A stretch of 11,867 bases of DNA, from positions 1 through 11,867 of the forward strand of contig JBEHXF010000054.1 in NCBI GenBank assembly GCA_048498835.1. Reading direction: 5' to 3'. Below, in pieces: positions 1 through 6,848 of this stretch (position 1 is the stretch's first letter; each line of letters begins with the position of its first letter). The position numbers were made by a program, and so were the translations under genes. This DNA comes from Chlamydiota bacterium. Lineage in GTDB: Bacteria > Chlamydiota > Chlamydiia > Chlamydiales > SM23-39. Below the pieces are notes generated by a model. That model saw only the letters and a program-made list of their open reading frames with translations. It was not told the DNA's origin and searched no databases.

Positions 1-10
1 GGCGATCCTG

Positions 11-37
11 TCCGCACGTTTCGTGCGGATCTTTGTT
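11..37 (+). terminator. Perfect 8-bp hairpin followed by a T-rich tail; possible intrinsic terminator for a + strand gene left of the window
   Basis: TCCGCACG-TTT-CGTGCGGA (11-29) then TCTTTGTT. The T-tract is interrupted and the upstream gene is not visible. Confidence 0.4.
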
Positions 38-52
38 ACTCCTCTTTGGGGT

Positions 53-68
53 GCGGGGCATCCCCCGC
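53..68. repeat. GC-rich REP-like hairpin, short variant
   Basis: GCGGGG-CATC-CCCCGC; core GGGCATCCC resembles GGGCTTCCC of the hairpin at 96-114. Confidence 0.55.
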
Positions 69-88
69 CTCTGCGTTAACTCTTTTCG

Positions 89-114
89 GGGAGGTGTGGA
101 GGGCTTCCCTCCAC
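89..114 (-). repeat. REP-like hairpin, copy 1
   Basis: Reverse complement reads GTGGAGGG-AAG-CCCTCCAC-ACCTCCC; 23/26 identical to 6188-6213. Confidence 0.75.
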
Positions 115-200
115 CTCGGTAGTTCTCTGTGCTCTCTGTGGTGAATTTTTTTCCGCACGCTTCGCCGGATCTTTGTTACTTCTTTTCTTTCCGTTTTGTG

Positions 201-803
201 TTAGAGGAGGCCGCGGACGGAGAGCTGGTGGCGCAGCGCCGCTGTATTGGTAAAAACTTCCGCGTCGATGCCGTGCTTGCGTGCTGCATCTACATAGTGA
301 GGAATGTCGTCGACGTAAAAACATTCGTGGGGTTCACACTGCGCAGCAGAGAGCGCAGCTTGAAAAATTTGTGGATGGGGTTTACTTGCCTTCACTTCGA
401 AGGAAAGGACTTTTGCATCAAAGAGATCGAGAATGGGGTAATTGGGGAGGATGTAGTCGATGTGCGCTTTGCTTGTATTGGAAAGAAGAATGAGGCGAGT
501 TCCTTTTGCTTTCAGCGCTTCGATGATGGGAAAGATCGTACTATTTGGGGTGAAGATGTCGGAGATCGCATGAAAAAGCTGTTGGAAAGTGAAGGTTTTA
601 GGGCTGATGCGGGTGAATTCTCCATATAGCTGATTGCAGTTGATCGAGCCCGATTCATAGAGATCGCGTAAGTTTTGATGGATGAGGAGATGTTGGATTT
701 GGTCGGGACTTAAGCCGGTACAGGTGGAGATTTGCTCAATCGCTTTGGCGAAGCTGAAAAATACAATGACATTGCCGAGATCAAAAGCGACTGTTTTAAT
801 CAT
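201..803 (-). CDS. HAD-superfamily phosphatase, YihX-like (sugar-1-phosphate phosphatase type)
   Basis: Motif I VAFDLGNVIV, motif II LLSNT, motif III SKP, motif IV FYVDD; 200 aa; start overlaps the folD stop by 8 nt. Confidence 0.88.
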   Translation of the reverse strand: MIKTVAFDLGNVIVFFSFAKAIEQISTCTGLSPDQIQHLLIHQNLRDLYESGSINCNQLYGEFTRISPKTFTFQQLFHAISDIFTPNSTIFPIIEALKAKGTRLILLSNTSKAHIDYILPNYPILDLFDAKVLSFEVKASKPHPQIFQAALSAAQCEPHECFYVDDIPHYVDAARKHGIDAEVFTNTAALRHQLSVRGLL

Positions 804-1641
804 GCATAAAACTCCGTAAAGTGTTTTTCAATAACATGGCGATGGTCATCGGCCCAACCCCTCCAGGAACGGGGGTGATCCAAGAAGTGTGGGGAGCCAC
901 GGCGTCGAAGTCCACATCGCCGACGAGCTTTCCATCGACTCGATTGATTCCAACGTCGATCACTACAGCGCCACTTCTGACCATATTTTTTTTGATAAAG
1001 AGTGGCTGGCCAAGAGCGGCTACGAGAATGTCGGCCGATTGGGTGATCGCAGGAAGATCTTTGGATTGGCTGTGACAGAGTGTGACGGTGGCATTGCAGC
1101 CGGGTCTTTTTTGCATGAGCAAAGCGGCAAGTGGTTTGCCGACAATGTTGCTGCGCCCGACAATGACCACATGTCTTCCTTCGACAGGGATATGATTTTT
1201 CGCGAGCAAAACCTGAATCCCATGTGGTGTGCAGGGGAGCATAGCGGTTTCATCGCCTAAGAGCAGTTTGCCCATATTGATTGGATGAAAACCATCGACG
1301 TCTTTCGCTGGATTGATGGCGAGCATGACGTTTTTTTCATCGATGTGAGAGGGGAGGGGGAGTTGGACGAGAATTCCATCGATCGTCGGATTTCGATTGA
1401 GTTGATCGATGTGGCTCAGTAAATCGCTCTCGGATATCGAGGCCGGAAGCTCTTTTAAAGTGGAGTGAATCCCGGTGCTCGCGCACGCTTTTTTCTTCAT
1501 TCTGACATACGTTTGCGAAGCGGGGTTGGCGCCGACGAGAACAAAAGCGAGGCCGGGTTTGCGTCCTTGAAGCGATGCAACTGAATCTCGGATCTCTTGT
1601 GTGATTTGGGCAGCACAAGCTTTTCCGTCGAGGAGTTTCAT
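796..1641 (-). CDS. folD: Bifunctional methylenetetrahydrofolate dehydrogenase/cyclohydrolase
   Basis: YVRMKKK, DGILVQLPLP, KDVDGFHP, PCTP, GRSNIVGKP, VIDVGINR, ITPVPGGVGPMTIAMLL; ATGA overlap with the suhB stop. Confidence 0.98.
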   Translation of the reverse strand: MKLLDGKACAAQITQEIRDSVASLQGRKPGLAFVLVGANPASQTYVRMKKKACASTGIHSTLKELPASISESDLLSHIDQLNRNPTIDGILVQLPLPSHIDEKNVMLAINPAKDVDGFHPINMGKLLLGDETAMLPCTPHGIQVLLAKNHIPVEGRHVVIVGRSNIVGKPLAALLMQKRPGCNATVTLCHSQSKDLPAITQSADILVAALGQPLFIKKNMVRSGAVVIDVGINRVDGKLVGDVDFDAVAPHTSWITPVPGGVGPMTIAMLLKNTLRSFMHD

Positions 1642-2450
1642 GGGTGGCCCCGATTAAGTAGCCGAGCTGCTTCATGATGGATGTGACCATTGGTGGCGAG
1701 AACCGGAGCTCGAGAGCGGATCGAGAAAGGTTGTTCATTCCAATTGGTCACCTTGCCACCAGCTTCCTCGACAAGGAGCAGGCCCGCCGCGCAATCCCAA
1801 GGCGAAAGAGACACTTCAAAAAAACCTTCAAAGCGCCCCGCCGCAGTGTAAGCGAAGTCGAGCGCTGCACTTCCGATCCGCCGAATAGGAACACCCGCCT
1901 TCAATATATCGGTGAAGTGGTCGATGCAGTGGAAGGGATTCTCTTTTAAATTGTAGGGAAAGCCGGTGGCTAACACCGATTTTTGGATTGATTGGGTGGG
2001 ACTCACTTGCAGTCGTTTGCCATTTAAAAAAGCTCCTTTCCCTTTTTCTGCCACGAAAAGTTCGTGCATCAAAGGTTGGAAAACAACGCCAGCGAGAAGT
2101 TTCCCTTTTTGCTCGACGCCAATGCTGACTGAGAAGAAGGGGATTGCTCGAGCGAAATTAACCGTTCCGTCGAGCGGATCGATGATCCAAGTTAAAGCTT
2201 CACTTTCTTCTCCTGTTTGCCCGCTTTCTTCGGCTAAAAACTGGGAATTCGGAGCATGAGTCCGGATAAATTGAATGATCGCTTGTTCTGCCTTATGATC
2301 GTATTCGGTGACTAGATTGTGATATTCTTGTTCTTTGGAACGAATCGAAAAGGAAGTTCCATATCCCTGTTTCAGGATATCGCCTGCGAGCAAGGCAGCC
2401 TCGATCGCAATCATCGTTAGGTCGGAGAAGGACTCTTTTTTTTCAGCCAA
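1638..2450 (-). CDS. suhB: Inositol monophosphatase family protein (SuhB)
   Basis: LVTEYD, LAEES, WIIDPLDGTVNF, RRIGSAALD, WDCAAG. Start placed at TTG 2450 (GGTGA SD-like upstream); ATG 2414 is an alternative. The track's start at 2573 lies deep inside the mreD-like gene. Confidence 0.9.
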   Translation of the reverse strand: MAEKKESFSDLTMIAIEAALLAGDILKQGYGTSFSIRSKEQEYHNLVTEYDHKAEQAIIQFIRTHAPNSQFLAEESGQTGEESEALTWIIDPLDGTVNFARAIPFFSVSIGVEQKGKLLAGVVFQPLMHELFVAEKGKGAFLNGKRLQVSPTQSIQKSVLATGFPYNLKENPFHCIDHFTDILKAGVPIRRIGSAALDFAYTAAGRFEGFFEVSLSPWDCAAGLLLVEEAGGKVTNWNEQPFSIRSRAPVLATNGHIHHEAARLLNRGHP

Positions 2451-2932
2451 TAAATCACCCAGCGGCGGCGCACCACCCGGAACAAGGCCAACGGACCTGC
2501 AAACCAGATTAGTGCGTAGATTGCATCGACGACCGGAAGTGCGATCCAGTCTGTCATCCACCATCTTCCGCAAAAAGGGATTCTTCTGTCAAAGAGAAAA
2601 AGGAGGAGAACTTGAATGAGTGTGGTGCCAATGGAGAGAAGCGACGTATAGAGAGACAATTGCATTGGCTCATCGGATGAAAAAAGATTTTTTAGCGGAT
2701 AGCAGAGGGCGAGAGAAAGACTGTAGGTCAATGCATGAAGACCAAACGGATCACTTGCTAACAGATCGATCGTAAGACCGGCCATGCAGCCGCAGAGAAG
2801 CGCTCGATCGAAATTTCTCAAGAGACAGCTGAGAGCCAAAAAGGGTGTAAAGGCGAGGATTGGCAAATGGGGCAGAACCGTTGCTTGCGCTAGAAGCGCG
2901 AGCGCGCTTAAGAAGTAGGCAAAAAGGAGCAT
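2417..2932 (-). CDS. mreD: MreD-like polytopic membrane protein
   Basis: 171 aa, about 5 hydrophobic segments, GLTIDLLASDPFGLHAL matching the MreD G-L-x-x-D-L-L...G-x-x-A-L pattern, basic C-terminal tail. Confidence 0.65.
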   Translation of the reverse strand: MLLFAYFLSALALLAQATVLPHLPILAFTPFLALSCLLRNFDRALLCGCMAGLTIDLLASDPFGLHALTYSLSLALCYPLKNLFSSDEPMQLSLYTSLLSIGTTLIQVLLLFLFDRRIPFCGRWWMTDWIALPVVDAIYALIWFAGPLALFRVVRRRWVIYWLKKKSPSPT

Positions 2933-3957
2933 TTTTGTTCTTCCAATCGCTGCATCGCCGATCGCAGTAGCGGCTCTTTTTCAAGTAATAATTGATGCCA
3001 CTTCCAAGCCGACTCAATGATGGTGGGGAGGTTAGAATATTCGGGATCCCAGTTGAGGATTTCTTTTGCTTTTCGATGATCAGCCGTTAACCTAGCAGGC
3101 TCACCAGCTCTTCTCCGCTCTATTTTTTGTGGAATTTCTTTGCCCGACTGTTTTTGAACGGCCTCAATCAGTTCAAGAACAGAGGTTCCTTTCCCTGTTC
3201 CCAAATTGAAGGCGTCGCTTTTTTGTCTGTTGAGTAGATATTGAAGTGCTTGAACGTGCGCTTTGGCCAAGTCGAGTACATGGACATAGTCGCGAATGGC
3301 ACTTCCGTCAGGCGTTTCAAAGTCGGTTCCATAAATGGTGATCGCGGCTCTTTGACCAAGTCCCGCTTGAATAATAGAGGGAACCAGATGCGTTTCTGGC
3401 GTATGGTTTTCTCCGATTTCAGTCGCAAGATCAGCGCCTGCCGCATTAAAATAGCGCAGAAAGATGGTTTTGAGCCCAAATGCCGCCTCAAAATCGGTCA
3501 TCATTTGCTCCGCAAACCATTTGGTCCGCCCGTATGGATTGATCGGCGCTTGGGGGTGCGATTCAGAAATGGGTGTTGTGGTGGGATTGCCGTAGGTAGC
3601 GCAGGTGCTAGAAAAGACGAGATGGGTCAGGTTGTGTTGACGCATCGCTTCTAATAGAGACAGAGTTCCAGCGACATTATTTCGATAATATTTGGCTGGA
3701 TTTTCGACCGATTCAACCACGAGCGCATCGGCGGCAAAGTGCAGCACAGCTTTGGGTTTATAGGTTTCAATTGTCTCAGACAGACGGACTCGGTCAGCGA
3801 GATCTCCCTGGACAAACGGGCCCCATTTTACCGCATAGGCATGACCAGTGGATAAATTGTCGTAGGTGACGGGCAAAAAACCCGACTTGGCAAGTACCTT
3901 GCAAGTGTGACTGCCGATGTAGCCGGCGCCGCCCGTTACTAAAACAGTTTCGGCCAT
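2908..3957 (-). CDS. galE: UDP-glucose 4-epimerase
   Basis: VLVTGGAGYIGSH, HFAA, FSSTCATYG, PYGRTK (YxxxK), LRYFNAAGA, DGSAIRDYVHV. True start ATG 3957 with GAGGAG SD and TAATG overlap with the upstream stop. Confidence 0.96.
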   Translation of the reverse strand: MAETVLVTGGAGYIGSHTCKVLAKSGFLPVTYDNLSTGHAYAVKWGPFVQGDLADRVRLSETIETYKPKAVLHFAADALVVESVENPAKYYRNNVAGTLSLLEAMRQHNLTHLVFSSTCATYGNPTTTPISESHPQAPINPYGRTKWFAEQMMTDFEAAFGLKTIFLRYFNAAGADLATEIGENHTPETHLVPSIIQAGLGQRAAITIYGTDFETPDGSAIRDYVHVLDLAKAHVQALQYLLNRQKSDAFNLGTGKGTSVLELIEAVQKQSGKEIPQKIERRRAGEPARLTADHRKAKEILNWDPEYSNLPTIIESAWKWHQLLLEKEPLLRSAMQRLEEQKCSFLPTS

Positions 3958-4709
3958 TAAAAAGCTCCTCGTGAAAAAAGGACAGCTGGAACGGTTTTCG
4001 CAATCACCACTAAGTCTTTCCAAAACGTCCGATTTTCCGCGTAGTTTGCTTCTAGTTTGCGCCGCTCTTCCATCGGGATTTTGCTGCGCCCTGAAATTTG
4101 CCAGATACCAGTAATGCCGGGTCGGACGGTGAGGATTTTCCAGGCGGCCTCTCCATAGACAAGTTGAATTTCTTGCAAGTATTGATCGGGCGCTCCCATC
4201 AAGGTTGGAGGCCGCGGGCCAACCACACTCATGTCGCCTTTTAACACATTCCAAAATTGAGGCATTTCATCGAGCGATGTTTTACGCAAAAATTTTCCGA
4301 TTGAGGTGATACGCGGGTCTTGTTTGAATTTTTGAAAGACTTCCCATTCTAGCCGTAGCCCTTCATCGGTCTTGAGTAGATCTTGCAATCGCTCTTCTGC
4401 ATCTTGGAACATCGTCCGAAATTTAACACATTCGATGACTTTGCCCCCTCTTCCAAGCCTTTTGCTAAAGAAGAGAATAGGCCCGGGAGAGGTTAATTTA
4501 ACACATAGACCCACGGCGAGAAGAAGAGGGGAAAGAGTGACCAAAACTGCTGAACTAAAGAGGATATCAAAGCCCCTTTTTATCGGATCTCTCCGAATGG
4601 GGATAGGCGCCACTTCTTCCGACGGTCGGAATAAACGTAGGCGGCGCAACTTTTCAATTGCACTCGTGCGTGCGGTGATTTGCATCGTTTTCCAAAAAGA
4701 AACTATCAT
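3957..4709 (-). CDS. Bacterial sugar transferase (monotopic phosphoglycosyl transferase; PglC / WcaJ-WbaP catalytic-domain family)
   Basis: KRGFDI plus one hydrophobic helix, KFRTM, DPRIT, FLRKTSLDEMPQFWNVLKGDMSVVGPRP, RPGITGIWQISGRS. Start may be 4709 or 4685. Confidence 0.93.
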   Translation of the reverse strand: MIVSFWKTMQITARTSAIEKLRRLRLFRPSEEVAPIPIRRDPIKRGFDILFSSAVLVTLSPLLLAVGLCVKLTSPGPILFFSKRLGRGGKVIECVKFRTMFQDAEERLQDLLKTDEGLRLEWEVFQKFKQDPRITSIGKFLRKTSLDEMPQFWNVLKGDMSVVGPRPPTLMGAPDQYLQEIQLVYGEAAWKILTVRPGITGIWQISGRSKIPMEERRKLEANYAENRTFWKDLVVIAKTVPAVLFSRGAF

Positions 4710-4730
4710 TTCGCACGCACTTCATTTGCG

Positions 4731-6080
4731 TCAAGTTAGGTTTTGGATTACGTCAGGTGTGCCGATGCTGATGTAGTCAAAACCGCGTGCTTTCATATCA
4801 TTTGGTTTATATTGATTGCGACCATCGAAAAAGGCGAGACCTTTCATGCGGTCTTGAATCGGTTTTAAATCAACCAATCGAAATTGTTTCCACTCAGTTA
4901 AAAGGGCAACCGCATCTGCGCCCGAGGCTGCTTCCACTTCGTCAGCGCACCAGGTGATGTTCGCTAATTTCGCCAGCATCTTTTTTGCATTCGGCATAGC
5001 GACAGGATCAAATAAGCGCAGCCGAGCTCCCATCGCATGGAGCTGTTCGATGAATTCCAGTGAGGGAGCTTCTCTCATATCATCCGTATCTGGCTTAAAG
5101 GAAAGACCCCAAACGGCAATCGTTTTGTCTTTCACCCCACCGCGGCTAGAGAAGTATTGGATCATTTTCTGCCCTAATACTTTTTTCTGGCGATTGTTGA
5201 CCTCATCGACCGCTTCCATAATCGACGGATCAACACCCACTTCTTTCGCTTTTGAAATCAGCGCTCGAATATCTTTTGGAAAGCAAGAACCGCCGTAACC
5301 TACGCCCGGATATAAAAAACTATAACCAATGCGTGAATCAGAGCCGATTCCCTTTCTCACTTCGTTTACGTTTGCGCCCACTTTTTTGCAGATTTCTGCG
5401 ATCTCATTCATGAACGAGATGCGGGTAGCCAGCATCGCATTCGCGGCATACTTGGTCATTTCTGCAGATAAAATATCCATCATGATGATTCGATCGTGGC
5501 TCAATGTAAACGCTGAATAGATCTCTTTCATCACTTCTGCGGCTCTAGTCGAGTCTGATCCGATGATGATCCGATCTGGTTTTAGACAATCTTGAACGGC
5601 TGCGCCCTCTTTTAGAAATTCTGGATTCGACACCACATCAAAAGGAATCGAAATGCCTCTTTTTGTCTGTTCGTCCAAAACGGTTTTTTGCACGAAGGCG
5701 GCGGTTCCTACTGGAACGGTCGATTTATTGACGATGATAGTGTATTCACTCATGTTTTGGGCAATCGAGCGGGCCGCTGATTCCACATAGCTCGTATCGC
5801 AAGAACCATCCTCTCTCGATGGCGTCGGAACGCCGATGAAACACACTTTTGCAAAAGAGACGCCTTTTTTGTAATCGGTGGTAAAGGTGAGCCGTTTTTG
5901 TGCGATGTTTCGCTTGACGAGCTCTTCCAACCCTGGTTCATAAATTGGGATTTGCCCTTGTTGTAGCTGTTCGATTTTTTTTGCATCAATATCGAGACAC
6001 ACAACAGAATGGCCCATTTCCGCAAAGCACGCGCCAGTGACAAGTCCTACATATCCGGTTCCGACAATCAAAATTTGCAT
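4731..6080 (-). CDS. ugd: UDP-glucose 6-dehydrogenase
   Basis: GTGYVGL, VPTP, KSTVPVGT, SNPEFLKEG, AEMTKYAANA, GYGGSCFPKD (catalytic Cys), FKPDTDDMRE, DGRN; GGAG SD upstream. Confidence 0.96.
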   Translation of the reverse strand: MQILIVGTGYVGLVTGACFAEMGHSVVCLDIDAKKIEQLQQGQIPIYEPGLEELVKRNIAQKRLTFTTDYKKGVSFAKVCFIGVPTPSREDGSCDTSYVESAARSIAQNMSEYTIIVNKSTVPVGTAAFVQKTVLDEQTKRGISIPFDVVSNPEFLKEGAAVQDCLKPDRIIIGSDSTRAAEVMKEIYSAFTLSHDRIIMMDILSAEMTKYAANAMLATRISFMNEIAEICKKVGANVNEVRKGIGSDSRIGYSFLYPGVGYGGSCFPKDIRALISKAKEVGVDPSIMEAVDEVNNRQKKVLGQKMIQYFSSRGGVKDKTIAVWGLSFKPDTDDMREAPSLEFIEQLHAMGARLRLFDPVAMPNAKKMLAKLANITWCADEVEAASGADAVALLTEWKQFRLVDLKPIQDRMKGLAFFDGRNQYKPNDMKARGFDYISIGTPDVIQNLT

Positions 6081-6187
6081 TTCTCAATTCTCCATCGCAA
6101 GGTACTATTCCTACCAGAGATAAGAATTTAAGAGAATTTTTTCTTCGGAAATGAAGATCCTATCGATACACATAGTATTTCATGAAA

Positions 6188-6213
6188 GCGGAGGGAAGCC
6201 CTCCGCCCCTCCC
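6188..6213 (+). repeat. REP-like hairpin, copy 2
   Basis: GCGGAGGG-AAG-CCCTCCGC-CCCTCCC; perfect 8-bp stem and no U-tract in the direction of local (minus-strand) transcription beyond TTT. Confidence 0.75.
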
Positions 6214-6216
6214 ATC

Positions 6217-6246
6217 GGGCACGGGCACGCACACGGGCACGGACAC
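6217..6246. repeat. Hexamer tandem repeat, 5 units
   Basis: GGGCAC GGGCAC GCACAC GGGCAC GGACAC. Confidence 0.85.
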
Positions 6247-6277
6247 GGCCGCTTCGCGTTTCTTGCAACCCGGTTTT

Positions 6278-6844
6278 TTAAGGCTGAAATAGTTTGTCTA
6301 AATCGATTGTGTTACCGGGAATGATTTGATCTAGTTTCTCAGCATCATCATCGCGCAATGCTTCATGCATTGCTGGTGTGATGATTTTATATGCAAGGAG
6401 AGAATCGGCATGTTTGCGCAGACCTTCAATCGGCTCATATTTTCTCTTATGTAATTCTTGAACACAGCGGGCGCGGAGCCAGTCGAGATCTTTCATTTTG
6501 TATTGGAAAATCGTTTCAAGCGGAAATAAATCGATCATTTTCGACATGTCTAGATGGTTGAGTTTTGATTGTGCTTTGGATAATTCTGTAGGATCATTTA
6601 GATCGTATAGATCGTCTGCTTTCCTGAGTAGGTAGTAGCTTAAATAGGTAACGGCGCCGGCTGTGAGAATATGGACGCCCGGGATTGAGCAAGCGATTAC
6701 GAAGCCCGCAAGCGACACTGCAATGATAAAGGCAGCCACGGCTGCAATTTGAAGTGCTTGGCGGATCATTTTTTCCCGCTCAAAAGATTGTGGCGGTTGT
6801 GCAAGAGGAAGGGCGGGTTGTTGTTGAATGGCTGGAATAGACAT
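6278..6844 (-). CDS. Hypothetical membrane protein with an Inc-like bilobed hydrophobic domain
   Basis: GAGGT SD upstream; P/Q-rich N-terminus, about 41-aa uncharged hydrophobic stretch (IAAVAAF...SIPG...LSYYLL), charged helical C-terminal region; fills the gap between lolD and ugd. Confidence 0.8.
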   Translation of the reverse strand: MSIPAIQQQPALPLAQPPQSFEREKMIRQALQIAAVAAFIIAVSLAGFVIACSIPGVHILTAGAVTYLSYYLLRKADDLYDLNDPTELSKAQSKLNHLDMSKMIDLFPLETIFQYKMKDLDWLRARCVQELHKRKYEPIEGLRKHADSLLAYKIITPAMHEALRDDDAEKLDQIIPGNTIDLDKLFQP

Positions 6845-6848
6845 AGAT

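Larger units (their letters stand above)
11..180. repeat. Imperfect ~30-bp direct repeat (11-40 and 152-180)
   Basis: TCCGCACGTTTCGTGCGGATCTTTGTTACT vs TCCGCACGCTTCGC-CGGATCTTTGTTACT; the last 15 nt are identical. Confidence 0.8.

Noticed and set aside
11..187. CRISPR array
   Set aside because: Only two imperfect copies about 110 nt apart; the intervening DNA is itself repetitive; no cas genes in view.
76..324. 82-aa minus-strand ORF crossing the repeat cluster
   Set aside because: Starts out of frame inside the HAD gene, has no SD or recognisable motif, and runs through hairpin repeats.
129..629. 166-aa plus-strand ORF
   Set aside because: Antisense shadow of the well-supported HAD gene.
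2451..2573. N-terminal extension of SuhB in the ORF track
   Set aside because: Lies within the mreD-like gene in another frame; the sequence is not IMPase-like; a better start exists at 2450 or 2414.
3958..4254. 99-codon upstream extension of galE, or a frameshift fusion with the sugar transferase
   Set aside because: Overlaps the conserved transferase C-terminus; galE has its own strong SD and TAATG coupling; no canonical slippery heptamer at the junction.
6081..6187. Promoter for ugd
   Set aside because: AT-rich and likely to hold one, but I could not find a convincing -35/-10 pair with proper spacing.
89..6213. Composite transposon bounded by the two hairpins
   Set aside because: No transposase or evident target-site duplication, and the enclosed genes include core housekeeping functions such as folD; kept only as a repeat-family observation.
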